DNA of 33,942 nt from a virus (IMGVR_UViG_3300025875_000075:1-33942); one strand, 5' to 3'. Counted from the first letter of the stretch, positions 15,248 to 25,110 are shown. Notes: generated by a model not told the origin, from the sequence alone. Numbers and translations: made by a program.

Positions 15248-16717
15248 GTGAAGATCGACACCCGCATCAACTCCCGCCCCGCGCAGCTCGCCGCCGACAC
15301 GCTGGTCGGTACGCGCGCCGCTGCCGAGGCGCTCGCGGCCGGGTTCCTGGCCGCCCGCCGGGCCCGCCACGGCGCGGCGACCATGCGGCTGGCCGCCGGT
15401 GGTGGATCGAAGGCGCTGCTCGAGCAGTCCGTGCAGGAGCGCGAGGCGTGCGTCACGCTCATCGAGGGCGTGTCGACCGCCGCGTTCGAGGCCAAGCGCG
15501 ACCTCTCCGACCAGGACAACGACACGATCGAGCGCGCGCAGGCCCGGATCAAGTTCCTCGACACGCAGATCGAGCGGATGAGCTTCGACACCGCCCTCAG
15601 CGAGCGGGCTCGCACCGCGCTCGCCTCGAACGGCGTCTCGGGTCAGCAGATCCCGCTCGCCTACCGCTCGGCCGGCGAGGCGGTGCACGACCTGCTGCAC
15701 ATGAGCAATGCCGACGCCCGCACCCGGCTGGAGACCGAGATGCACCGCGCCGCGCAGCACATGGGCGCCGACGCCGCCAACACCGTCCCGGTGGCCGGCG
15801 GTCTCGGTGCGCTGGTCGTCAAGCCGGTCGTCGGCCCGATCATCGACCCGACCCCGGGCGGTCGCCCGTTCCTCACCGCCCTCGGCGTGCAGACCCTCGA
15901 CACCCCGCTCGGGTTCTCCCGCCCGCGCATCGTCGACGGCGTGCTCACCCCCGGCCACGACAACTACGGCGACGCGCCGGCCCCGCAGGGCAAGGAGAAG
16001 GCCGAGCTCGTCTCCCGCGCGTTCGACATCAAGCTCGACTCGATCGAGTCCGACACCGTGGGCGAGTACCTCAACATCAGCCAGAAGCTGCTCTCGCTGC
16101 CGATCCAGGCGCTCAACATCATCATGAACCAGCTCACGAAGCGGCGGGCCGTGAAGACCGAGCGGCTGGCCGTCGCCGAGGTGCTCACCTCGGCGTCGCG
16201 GGTCGACCTGGCCGCGAGCATCGCCACCGACGCCGACACCTCCGAGGCGGGCGCGATCTACGACGCGCTGTGGGAGGCCGCCGCGCTGGTCTACACGAAG
16301 ACCGGCGAGCTGCCCGAGTGGCTGGCGATCGGTCCGGCCGCGTGGCAGCGTCTCGGTCGCCTGCGGGACCGCGCCGACCGGCCGCTGTTCCCGACCATCG
16401 GTGCCGCCGTCAACGTCATGGGCACGATGCAGGCCGCGGGCGGGCAGCCGACCGTGAACGTCGGCCCGATCGGGCTCAACGTCATCGTGACCCCGGGGAT
16501 CACCGGCGGCGAGATGGTCATGGGCAACTCGGCCGGGCTGGAGGTCTACGAGTATGCATACCCGGTGCTCGAGGCGATCGAGCCCTCGGTGCTCGGCCGG
16601 CAGGTCGCCGTCGCCTCCGAGCTGGCCTTCTACCGGCCGGCCACCGACGAGCCCGCGGGCGCGGGCAACGCGGCCGGGAACGGCGCCGTCATCATCGCCC
16701 CGCCGCTGGCCCCGTGA
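15248..16717 (+). CDS. Major capsid protein, HK97 fold with an N-terminal scaffold (delta) domain
   Basis: GAGAGG RBS; N-terminal coiled coil (RDLSDQD...), YRSAGE, Q.KEKAELVS, LRDRADRPLFP, EPSVLGRQVA. Confidence 0.9.
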   Translation: MKIDTRINSRPAQLAADTLVGTRAAAEALAAGFLAARRARHGAATMRLAAGGGSKALLEQSVQEREACVTLIEGVSTAAFEAKRDLSDQDNDTIERAQARIKFLDTQIERMSFDTALSERARTALASNGVSGQQIPLAYRSAGEAVHDLLHMSNADARTRLETEMHRAAQHMGADAANTVPVAGGLGALVVKPVVGPIIDPTPGGRPFLTALGVQTLDTPLGFSRPRIVDGVLTPGHDNYGDAPAPQGKEKAELVSRAFDIKLDSIESDTVGEYLNISQKLLSLPIQALNIIMNQLTKRRAVKTERLAVAEVLTSASRVDLAASIATDADTSEAGAIYDALWEAAALVYTKTGELPEWLAIGPAAWQRLGRLRDRADRPLFPTIGAAVNVMGTMQAAGGQPTVNVGPIGLNVIVTPGITGGEMVMGNSAGLEVYEYAYPVLEAIEPSVLGRQVAVASELAFYRPATDEPAGAGNAAGNGAVIIAPPLAP

Positions 16718-17145
16718 CCGACCCGTTCGGGGGCGGGTACTACGACACGTCGTACCCGCCCGAGATCCTGCGGGGCTACGAGCCCCCGGCTCTTGTCGGT
16801 GCGGCCCGCACCGCGGCGACCGCCGAGCACACGCTCACGGTCGCCGCGGGCGAGCCGGGCACCTACGAGCCCGAGCTCGCCGGCCGGGAGCGTCCGCGCA
16901 ACGTGAGCGAGCTGCGGGCACGGGCTCGGGTCATCGACCCGGCCCCGTGGCCCGCGGGCACGTACGTGCTCGTCGGTGTCAACGGCAAGCGGGCGCACTG
17001 GACGGGCGAGGACTGGAAACTCGGCGACTCGCCGGGCTACAAGCTCGGCACCCCGCCGGACGCCGACAGTGACAAGCCCCTCGTCGTCGAGCAGCTCGCC
17101 GACGGCCGACTCGGCCTCGCGGGCGAAGGGGCCGAAGCACCGTGA
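16714..17145 (+). CDS. Capsid-adjacent protein, possible decoration or structural module
   Basis: GTGA overlap; AGEPGTY.P...PRN..EL...WPAGTYV...AHWTG..W..G resembles a module seen on actinophage virion proteins. Confidence 0.6.
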   Translation: MTDPFGGGYYDTSYPPEILRGYEPPALVGAARTAATAEHTLTVAAGEPGTYEPELAGRERPRNVSELRARARVIDPAPWPAGTYVLVGVNGKRAHWTGEDWKLGDSPGYKLGTPPDADSDKPLVVEQLADGRLGLAGEGAEAP

Positions 17146-17579
17146 CCGAGCCCCTCGTCGTGCCGCTCGGCGTCGTCCCCGGTACGTGGCACGAGGCGCA
17201 CGCCGAGATCACGGCGAGGGCCCTCGCGCAACGTCGCCTCGGTGGCGGTGACATGGACGCCGGCCAGTTCGTCGACCTCGTGCCGACCGCGTGCTCGATG
17301 ATCGACCAGCGGCTCGAGCTGCGAGCCGTGGCCGGCCGGGTGCGGTACGTGGTCGGTGGCGTGCCCGTCATTGCCTACGCACCCGGCGACGCCCCGGCTC
17401 AGGTGGTCGACGCTGCGGTGCAGCTCACCCTCGAGCTGTACGACCGCAAGGACGCCCGGTTCGGGGTGCTCACCAGCGCCTCGGCCGCGTTCGGTGAGCC
17501 GGTCCGGGTCTCCCGCGACCGGCTCGCCGGTGTCGAGGGGCTGCTCGAGCCGTTCGTCGAGGGCTGGGGCATCGGGTGA
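17142..17579 (+). CDS. Head-to-tail adaptor
   Basis: VVDAAVQLTLELYDRKDARFGV...VRVSRD...VEGLLEPF; synteny. Confidence 0.8.
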   Translation: MTEPLVVPLGVVPGTWHEAHAEITARALAQRRLGGGDMDAGQFVDLVPTACSMIDQRLELRAVAGRVRYVVGGVPVIAYAPGDAPAQVVDAAVQLTLELYDRKDARFGVLTSASAAFGEPVRVSRDRLAGVEGLLEPFVEGWGIG

Positions 17580-18064
17580 CCGGCCCGCTGCCCGACCTGC
17601 CCGGCAACGCCCTCGACGATGCCCGCACGCTGCTCTACGCCGAGCTGCTCGTCACCTTCGAGCGGGTCGGCTGGTCGACCGAGGGCCGGGTGCACGAATA
17701 CCCGGTCATCACCCCGGCCACCCCGGGGGCGTGGGTCGATGCGCCGACACTCGCCACGCAGGGGGCGGGGCTCGTCGCGACGTTCGCTCTCGGCGTCGTG
17801 GTCGACGGCAATGAGCGGTCGCAGGTCGCCCGGCTCGATGCGCTGGTCGCGATCCTGTGGGAGCGCCTCGAGGACGTGAAGATCCCCGCGGGGCTCACGC
17901 TCACCGAGGGGTCGACGTTGCAGGTGGCCACCGCCGGTCCCGAACCCTTCGACATCGGCGGGGGTCCGACCACCCGGTCGATAGCCCTCACCGTGCAGGT
18001 GCCCGTCGCCCGCCGGACGCTTTGCCCCACCGCACTCACGACTCCAGGAGACCCCCAGCCATGA
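17576..18064 (+). CDS. Tail terminator/completion protein
   Basis: Size, position before the tail tube gene and an alpha/beta pattern. Confidence 0.6.
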   Translation: MTGPLPDLPGNALDDARTLLYAELLVTFERVGWSTEGRVHEYPVITPATPGAWVDAPTLATQGAGLVATFALGVVVDGNERSQVARLDALVAILWERLEDVKIPAGLTLTEGSTLQVATAGPEPFDIGGGPTTRSIALTVQVPVARRTLCPTALTTPGDPQP

Positions 18065-18633
18065 GCACGACCGTCTTTCAGATCACCGACGCCGAGCTGC
18101 TGCTCGTCCCCGTCGACCCGACCGCCATCGGCTACACCGACGGGTGGCAGGCGCCCGGCGGGAAGACCGCGATCTCGGCCGTCGCCGCCGACTTTCCCGA
18201 CTCGGACGGGTTCTCCTGCCAGATCACCAGTGGGAAGCTCACCGCCTCCAAGCAGTCGACGACCGTCGAGGTGCCTGCCACGTTCTGCGGGCCCGCCTCG
18301 AGCCGTCCCCAGCCCGGTGAGACCCGGTTCGCCCTGGACGCCGAGTTCCTTCAGGACATCACCGTCCGCAACGGGTGGCAGGCGTTCCTCGCCGCGAACG
18401 ATGCGGTCGAGGCGTACTTCCTGCTGTCGCTCAACGGCGCCGCGAACCCGCCCCGCGCCGTCGGCCGGGTCAACCTGCATGACACCGGGTTCGGTGGCGC
18501 CCCGCGGGCCAACCTCACCGACACGGTGAGCTTCGACTGCACCCGCAAGCCCGACCGGCTGTTCGGCCGTCCCGGCGGTGGCACCCGGCTCATCACCGGA
18601 ACCGGCCTCGTCACGGACGCACCGCCCGCCTGA
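18061..18633 (+). CDS. Major tail (tube) protein
   Basis: AGGAG RBS; FSCQITSGKL, VPATFCGP, FALDAEFLQD, FGGAP. Confidence 0.85.
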   Translation: MSTTVFQITDAELLLVPVDPTAIGYTDGWQAPGGKTAISAVAADFPDSDGFSCQITSGKLTASKQSTTVEVPATFCGPASSRPQPGETRFALDAEFLQDITVRNGWQAFLAANDAVEAYFLLSLNGAANPPRAVGRVNLHDTGFGGAPRANLTDTVSFDCTRKPDRLFGRPGGGTRLITGTGLVTDAPPA

Positions 18634-18635
18634 CG

Positions 18636-19145
18636 GTGAGCGATCCTCTCGGTGACTGGGCGCGGCGGGTGGCTCTGCTGCCCGCCGCGCTCGTCGAGGC
18701 GACCCCGCGGGCGACCCGCGCCGGCGCCGAGGTGCTCGAGACTGCCGCCCGCGGGAAGTTGCTCGCTGCCACCGGCGGCGACATGCGCCTCTCGCGGGTG
18801 CGCTCGGGCAAGGGTGCGCGGGTCAACCTCAGCGTGCGCGACGAGGGCGCCGGCAGTCGGGCCCGGTCCGTGGTGGTGCCGACCGGCCCGGTCATGCTCG
18901 TCGAGGCCAAGACGAAGGCCCACATGCAGCCGTTCGTCTACACCTACAACCGCCGGGTCAAGAGCCGTGGCGGGCGACGGCTCATGCACATCCCGGGGAT
19001 CGGGGTGTTCGCCCGCGTCAAGCACCCCGGCACGAAGGGCAAGGAGCCGATCGCGAAGGCGTTCCGCGAGTCCGCCGACGACGCGGGCGCCGCGGGGGTG
19101 GCAGTGTTCGCCACGGCAGCACGTCGACACCTGGGGGGATCATGA
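18636..19145 (+). CDS. HK97 gp10-like neck/tail completion protein
   Basis: Basic protein with LVE..TKAH and VKHPGTKGKEP motifs. Confidence 0.7.
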   Translation: MSDPLGDWARRVALLPAALVEATPRATRAGAEVLETAARGKLLAATGGDMRLSRVRSGKGARVNLSVRDEGAGSRARSVVVPTGPVMLVEAKTKAHMQPFVYTYNRRVKSRGGRRLMHIPGIGVFARVKHPGTKGKEPIAKAFRESADDAGAAGVAVFATAARRHLGGS

Positions 19146-19528
19146 CCAGCGCAGCGCCCACGGAGCGCGCCACCGGCACCAGTCTGGGGGTCTGGTGGAA
19201 CGTCAAGCTCGGCCGGGCCGGTGAGGTGGCGAGCGACTCGCTCACCCTCGACGAGGTGGAACGGATCGAGACCATCACCGACACCCCGTGGTCGGTGGCG
19301 AACCCGCTCGCCTCGATGCGGCAGGCGAAGGGGTGGCTGCTGGTCGCCGCCATGCACATCGGCATGACCGAGGACGAGGCGGTCGTGCACCTCGCCTCGC
19401 TCAACCTCGGCGACATCAAGGGGGCGTTCCAACTCCACGCCGGCGACGCCCCGACCCTCGGGCTGGTCGATGACGAGTTCGTGCCCCCCGTCCCCCCGTC
19501 CTCGGTGCCTACGTCCGCGAATGGGTGA
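19142..19528 (+). CDS. Tail assembly chaperone (short form)
   Basis: Directly upstream of the tape measure; acidic (LTLDEVERIE). Confidence 0.75.
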   Translation: MTSAAPTERATGTSLGVWWNVKLGRAGEVASDSLTLDEVERIETITDTPWSVANPLASMRQAKGWLLVAAMHIGMTEDEAVVHLASLNLGDIKGAFQLHAGDAPTLGLVDDEFVPPVPPSSVPTSANG

Positions 19529-19647
19529 CGTGGGCGGCGCTGGCGGTCGGGTGGCCCCCCGACGTGACACGACGGCAGCGCGTGCGTGACCTCGAGCCCG
19601 TGCGGGACGCATGGGCCGATGCGATGAGACGGCGAGAGAGCAGGTAG
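19492..19647 (+). CDS. Tail assembly chaperone -1 frameshift extension
   Basis: The -1 frame reads VLGAYVREWVTWAALAVGWPPDVTRRQRVRDL...TAG and ends 4 nt before the tape measure. Candidate slip site C CCC CCG at 19492-19498. Confidence 0.65.
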   Translation, partial: PPVLGAYVREWVTWAALAVGWPPDVTRRQRVRDLEPVRDAWADAMRRRESR

Positions 19648-19651
19648 CGCG

Positions 19652-22495
19652 GTGCCGACGATGGAGGAACGCCTGCGACTGGTGGTCGAGGCGACCACCG
19701 GATCGGCTGAGGCATCGTTCGGGAAGCTCACCACCACGGCCGAACGGTCGGCCACCGCCAGCAACTCGGCGGGCGACGCGGTGCGCTCCGCGGCCGACGC
19801 CGTGGTGCAGGCGCGGGCCCGCGAGGCGGACGCGACCGGCAAGCTCTCGGTCGCGCAAGCGCGTCTCGATGAGCTGCGGGACAAGGGCAACGCGAGCGCC
19901 TCGCAGCTCGTGGCCGCCGAGGAGCGGGTCGCGGCGGCGCAGCGCCGGGTGCAGATCGCCAGCAATGACACGACTCGCGCACTCGCCGAGCAGGACGTCG
20001 TGCAGGAGGACGTGGCCGCCTCGGCGGGCCAGGCCGAGGGTGGTACTGATCGGTTCGGTGAGGGCGTGGGTCGTCTGCGTAACCAGGTCGCCGGACTGGT
20101 GGCCGGCGTCTCCTTGGCCGACTGGGTGAGCGAGAGCGTGACTGGGTTCCTGGACGGCGCCCGGGGCGCCTCGGCGCTGGCGATCGGCATGAACGCGACG
20201 GTCCAGGAGGGCGGTCGGTTCCTCGCCGTCGCCCAGCAGCTCGGGCTCGAAATGGGCGATCTCGTCGAGATCCAAGCGTCGTTCGCTCAGGTCGTCGGGG
20301 CCGACGACGAGGCGCTCTCGTCGTTCGGCGCACAGCTCAAGCTCAACGCCGACGGCACGACGAACTGGGCCCTCACCTTGCAGGACGCCCTCGCCAACCT
20401 CCAGCAGATCCCCGACGCGACGAAGCGCAACGAGACCGGCTTCCGTCTGTTCGGGGAGGAGGGCTACAAGCAAATGAACGCGCTACTGGTGAGCGGGCGC
20501 GATGTCGACGAGGTGTTCGCCTCGATGGGCACCCCGTTCGATGAGGATGACGTCGAGACGACCCGCCGGTACGACGCCGCGATGGTCGAGCTCACCAGCA
20601 CCGGCGGCAGCCTGTCACGCACCCTCGGGAGCGTGCTCGTCCCGATCCTGACCGAGGTGCTCGGCGGGTTCGACACGGTGGTCGACGTGATCGGTCAGAT
20701 CCCCGGGCCGATCGCGGTCGCAATCGCGCTCACCGTCGCCTACGCGGCAGCGAACGCCGCCGCTGCGGGTAGCGGCGGGCTGCTCGTCGCGGCACAGGGC
20801 GCACTCGTGGGCGGCTGGGGCCGGGTCACCGGCGCGGTGTCGGCCGCGACCGTCGGCACGGGGGCGTTCGCCGTGACCGCGGGCGTCGCCCGGGTGGCCG
20901 GCGCCGGGTTGCTCGCCACCCTCGGCGGGCCGGTGGGGCTGGCGATCCTCGGGCTCGGCGCCGGGTTCACGATCCTCAACTCGGTCATGGGCGACAACGA
21001 GAACCGGGCCGAGGGGGTTGCGAAAGCGACCGAGACGCTCACCGGTGCGCTCGAGGAATCGAACGGGGTCATCACCCGCAACGTGCGCGAACAGGCCGCC
21101 CTCGCGGCGCAGGAGGCGGGCGTGCTGGACGTCGCCGAGAGGGCGGGCGTCTCCCGGGGTGATGTGACCGCCGCGCTGCTCGGTAACGAGGCCGCGCTCA
21201 AGCGGGTGAAGACCGCGCTCGCCGAGTACGCCGAGGCGAATCGCACGGTCATCATCAGCGACGAGTCGGGGTACACCGAGAATGCGCTCAACGAGGAAGG
21301 TCGAGCCGCGCAGGGGGCGGCCAAGTCCTTCGACGAGCTGCTCGGGTCGACGAAGGACACCGCCGAGGGGCAGGGCCAGCTCGCCGCCGAGCTCGGCGAG
21401 ACCACCGACAAGGCCGCACTCGCCGAGGCCGCGATGGACGCGCTCACGGCGATCATCGACGCCGGCACGACCGGCGGTACCCGGCTCAGGGACGCGGTGC
21501 GCGGGGTCGTTGAGGCGCAGGACGCCGAGGCGGCGTCGAGCGATCGGGCCGAGGCAGCAATCGACGCCTACCGGGCGACCACCAGCGGGGCGGTCGACGC
21601 TCACCTCGCGCTCTATGACGCGGTGTTCTCGTCGGCGGACGCCGGCTATGCGTTCCTCGACGCGCTTGACACCGCCAACAAGGCCACCGACGACGCCTCG
21701 ACCAGCGTTGACGAGGTGGCGCAGGCGCACACCAAGCTCATGCAGGCAGCCCTCGGCGCGGGCGAGGCCGCGGGCGACGCCGCGGTCGCGGCGAAGACGG
21801 CGGCCGGTGAGGTGCTCACCGACATCGACGAGGCCAATGTGCGGGCGACGGCCATGATCGACACGCTCCGACTCAAGCTCGACACCCCGGGGCTCACCGA
21901 CACGGCCCGTGAGGCGATCGGCAACCTCATCACCGAGCTCGAGACGGCGCAGGGCAAGGGCGACATCGCCGCGGTGCTCTCCCTCACCGGCGCCCCCGAG
22001 GTGGCCGGCGAGATCGACGAGACCACCGAGGACCGCACCGCCGAGGTGACCGTCGAGTCGCGCAACGGGCCCGCGGTGATCCGCTACCTCGAAGGGATCA
22101 CGAACGCTTCCCGGCTCGCGCTGGTGCGGGTTGAGTCCCGTGGTGGCCCGGCGGTGAAGACCTACCTCGACAGCCTCGCGCACGAACGGCTCGCGATCAT
22201 TCGGGTCGAGACCCGTGGCGGGCCGGCTGTCGACCGCTACCTCGACGGGCTGGCGCGGGACCGTGAGATCACGTTCAGCACCCGGGGTGCGGGCGCCATG
22301 CGCGGCGCCCCCTCGCTGGCCGCTGCCGGCGTCGGTAGCCCGAGCGTCATGCTCGGCTCGGTCACGCTTGACCTCGAGCTCACCGGCCGGGCCGACCGCG
22401 GGCAGCTCCAGAAGGCCGAGCGGGGCCGCGCGCACATCGAGGATATTCGCGCTTACGAGGCGCGGAACGGCACAGGATGGAGGCGGTCACGGTGA
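19652..22495 (+). CDS. Tape measure protein (947 aa)
   Basis: Longest ORF; Ala-rich helical with a central hydrophobic stretch (LGGPVGLAILGLGAGF); follows the chaperones. Confidence 0.93.
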   Translation: MPTMEERLRLVVEATTGSAEASFGKLTTTAERSATASNSAGDAVRSAADAVVQARAREADATGKLSVAQARLDELRDKGNASASQLVAAEERVAAAQRRVQIASNDTTRALAEQDVVQEDVAASAGQAEGGTDRFGEGVGRLRNQVAGLVAGVSLADWVSESVTGFLDGARGASALAIGMNATVQEGGRFLAVAQQLGLEMGDLVEIQASFAQVVGADDEALSSFGAQLKLNADGTTNWALTLQDALANLQQIPDATKRNETGFRLFGEEGYKQMNALLVSGRDVDEVFASMGTPFDEDDVETTRRYDAAMVELTSTGGSLSRTLGSVLVPILTEVLGGFDTVVDVIGQIPGPIAVAIALTVAYAAANAAAAGSGGLLVAAQGALVGGWGRVTGAVSAATVGTGAFAVTAGVARVAGAGLLATLGGPVGLAILGLGAGFTILNSVMGDNENRAEGVAKATETLTGALEESNGVITRNVREQAALAAQEAGVLDVAERAGVSRGDVTAALLGNEAALKRVKTALAEYAEANRTVIISDESGYTENALNEEGRAAQGAAKSFDELLGSTKDTAEGQGQLAAELGETTDKAALAEAAMDALTAIIDAGTTGGTRLRDAVRGVVEAQDAEAASSDRAEAAIDAYRATTSGAVDAHLALYDAVFSSADAGYAFLDALDTANKATDDASTSVDEVAQAHTKLMQAALGAGEAAGDAAVAAKTAAGEVLTDIDEANVRATAMIDTLRLKLDTPGLTDTAREAIGNLITELETAQGKGDIAAVLSLTGAPEVAGEIDETTEDRTAEVTVESRNGPAVIRYLEGITNASRLALVRVESRGGPAVKTYLDSLAHERLAIIRVETRGGPAVDRYLDGLARDREITFSTRGAGAMRGAPSLAAAGVGSPSVMLGSVTLDLELTGRADRGQLQKAERGRAHIEDIRAYEARNGTGWRRSR

Positions 22496-23640
22496 CGTTG
22501 CCCGCGCAGCCCGAGCACGGCGGCGACTGGGGCGACCTCGCCCCCTACGTGTACGCGATGGCGGTCGCCCGAGCGCTGCCCGAGCACGCGGCGGGGCCAC
22601 GCCCCGGGCGCTACGACCCCTCGACGTGCGTCTACAACCTGCGGGCCGAGAACACGCACCGGGCCCGCGCTGCACTGGCGAGCGCCCGGGCGGGCGTGGG
22701 GCTGTTCCGGGCCACCTACCTCGGCGACTCGCTTACCGCCGGTGCCAGCTCGGTCCGGGGGACCAGCGACCCAACGACGTTTCTGCGGGGCGAGCTGAGT
22801 CGCGCCGGCCACGTCGTCGGCGAGCTGCTGCACTCGTTCATCAGCGGCGGCAGCACGCCCGAGCCGCGACTCTCCTACGAGGCGGGATCGTTCGCCCTGC
22901 CGTGGGCGACGATCCCGCAGGGCACCCCGGGCACGGCGACCGGCACCGGCTCGGTGTTCGAGATCGTCACCTCGACCGACTCGGGCCCGTTCACCGTGGC
23001 GGTCGACGGCGGGGCGACGACGCTCCGCACTCCGAGCGGCGGGGCTGCTGCGGTGCAGGTGTTCACCGTCACCGGGCTCACGCAGGCCGGACACACGGCT
23101 ACGGTCACCGCGACCACCGCGGTCGGGGTCAAGGTCTACGCGGCCGGGTTCCGGCCGGCCACGGGCATCGTGCTCGAGGCCGCGGGCATGAGCGGGGCGC
23201 GCACGACCGAGTGGCTGGCCGCTCAGGCGTTCGGCCCCCGCTGGTCGCTGTTCCACGCCGCGAACGTCGACCACGACCTTGTGCAGATCGAGCTCGGAGT
23301 CAACGACCGCCGGCAGTTCACCTCAGTCGTGACGTTCCGCGAGAACCTGCTCGAGCTGGTCGAGGCGGCAGGCGCCCGGGGTGCGACGGTGGCGCTCGCG
23401 CTGTCCAACGAACCGGCCGACGTGCTCGATGTCCCGTGGTCGGAGTTCGCCGCCGCGGTGTACGACGTGGCCGACGACGCCGACGTGCCGCTGCTCGACC
23501 TCACGGCCCGACTCGGCCCGTTCGCCACGGCCAACGCCGATGGTCTGACCCGCGACCTGCTGGCCGACACGGTGCACCTCACCCCGGCCGGGAACGCGGC
23601 GAAGGCCCGTGGGTGGCTCGACGTGCTCGCGGTGGTCTGA
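22492..23640 (+). CDS. SGNH/GDSL hydrolase with an inserted beta-rich domain
   Basis: Blocks I YLGDSLTAG, II AGMSGA, III ELGVND and V DTVHLT. Confidence 0.9.
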   Translation: MTLPAQPEHGGDWGDLAPYVYAMAVARALPEHAAGPRPGRYDPSTCVYNLRAENTHRARAALASARAGVGLFRATYLGDSLTAGASSVRGTSDPTTFLRGELSRAGHVVGELLHSFISGGSTPEPRLSYEAGSFALPWATIPQGTPGTATGTGSVFEIVTSTDSGPFTVAVDGGATTLRTPSGGAAAVQVFTVTGLTQAGHTATVTATTAVGVKVYAAGFRPATGIVLEAAGMSGARTTEWLAAQAFGPRWSLFHAANVDHDLVQIELGVNDRRQFTSVVTFRENLLELVEAAGARGATVALALSNEPADVLDVPWSEFAAAVYDVADDADVPLLDLTARLGPFATANADGLTRDLLADTVHLTPAGNAAKARGWLDVLAVV

Positions 23641-23641
23641 G

Positions 23642-25051
23642 ATGGCGGACGGCTGGGGCGACGGCTGGGGGCTCGCATGGGGCGGGGCCGGGGTCGACGT
23701 GCCGACGATCATCGCCGGGGTCGGTGGTAGCCCGAACCTCGCGATCGACGTGCAGCCCGACGTGAGCGAGGGGTCGTTCACCCTCGACGTGTCAGAGCTC
23801 GATGGGCCCGACCTGCTCGCCTGGGGCGTCGAGGGGTGGGTCAACGTCGTCTGCAACGTCACCCGGGTCCGCATCGTGCGCGGTGCGACGCGGGTGCAGG
23901 GTCCGTTGACCCGGGCTGAGGCCGCGCTCATCACCGTCGAGATCCTCGACCGTGAGCGGGCGTTCGATCCGCTGGTCAACGCCGACGCGGTGCACGCCGG
24001 CACCCCAGCCCGGGTGCGGGTGTGGGGCGGCACCGACCCCGCGGCCCCCGACTGGTCGGCAATCCTCGTGACCGGCGAGATCGAAGACGTGCCCGTCGAC
24101 TATGCGAGCGGCGCCGTTCCGCTGGTGACGATCAACGGGAGCGACATCATCGCCGAGCTCGTCGCATGGTCGTCCGAGGGTCGCCCCGAACCGGGGGTCG
24201 GCGCGGGGGACACGTTGCGGCAGCGGGTGTCCCGGGTGCTCACCGAGGCGGCGATCCCCACCTCGAGGATCTCGGCCGACTCCGACACCGGGTACGCGGT
24301 GACCCTGGCCCCGTCCACGCTGGCCGGCGGATGGGCCGACATCGAGGTCGCACAGCTCGCCGAACTGGGGCGCGTGTGGGCCGACGCTCAGAACCGGCTC
24401 GTGGTGCGCGGCCGCGGGTCGCAGCTCTCGGGCCCGGTGCGCGGCACCCTCTCGGACTGGCACGGCGAGACGGTCGACGAGTTCGAGCCGCACCTGTGTT
24501 ACGCCGACCTCGGCGCCATGCTGGGAACCGAGCAGCTCATCAACCGCACCATCGGCGCCCGCCACCCGGTCGGCGACGATGACGAGCCGTCGGTGATCCA
24601 GCGCGACGACACGTACTCCCAGGCGCGCTACCGCACGCGGGTCGGCAACGGCGAGCAGCGCGACCTCATGGTCGAGACCGATGTCCAGGTCACCGACTGG
24701 TGCGAGTCGCTGCTGCTCACCTCGTCCCGGCCCCAGCTCCGCGTCGACAGCGTGACGCCGGCGCCGTGGGCCGCCCCCGAGGCGTGGCAGGCCGTGATGC
24801 AGACCGACATCGGTGACCGGTGGGTGTTGCGGTATCACCCGGCGGTCGGGCCGACGGTGCGCCGCACGGTGGGCGTGCTCGGCATCGAGCACGAGATCAC
24901 TCCCGAGGGCTGGTCGATCGTGTGGCGGCTGGCCCCGGCCCTCACCCCGGGCGAGTCCCCTGACGGCTGGTTCTCCCTCGACGTGAGCATGCTCGACTCC
25001 GGGGACGTGCTGGCCCCGTTCCGTGGGAAGGTCGCCGCGCTCACGCCGTGA
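23642..25051 (+). CDS. Minor tail/baseplate hub protein
   Basis: VTRVRIVRG, DRERAFDP, ELGRVWAD.Q.RLV, DIGDR...GIEHEITPEGW; FxLDVSxLD motif at both ends. Confidence 0.8.
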   Translation: MADGWGDGWGLAWGGAGVDVPTIIAGVGGSPNLAIDVQPDVSEGSFTLDVSELDGPDLLAWGVEGWVNVVCNVTRVRIVRGATRVQGPLTRAEAALITVEILDRERAFDPLVNADAVHAGTPARVRVWGGTDPAAPDWSAILVTGEIEDVPVDYASGAVPLVTINGSDIIAELVAWSSEGRPEPGVGAGDTLRQRVSRVLTEAAIPTSRISADSDTGYAVTLAPSTLAGGWADIEVAQLAELGRVWADAQNRLVVRGRGSQLSGPVRGTLSDWHGETVDEFEPHLCYADLGAMLGTEQLINRTIGARHPVGDDDEPSVIQRDDTYSQARYRTRVGNGEQRDLMVETDVQVTDWCESLLLTSSRPQLRVDSVTPAPWAAPEAWQAVMQTDIGDRWVLRYHPAVGPTVRRTVGVLGIEHEITPEGWSIVWRLAPALTPGESPDGWFSLDVSMLDSGDVLAPFRGKVAALTP

Positions 25052-25110
25052 CCGGTCACCGGCTGTGACACCCTGACACCCGCAGCAGGACGACGAGAGG
25101 ACACCCCCAC

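Noticed and set aside
15448-16713. 565-aa ORF overlapping the capsid gene
   Set aside because: The upstream part is Arg/Pro-rich off-frame sequence; only the portion from GTG 16714 looks coding.
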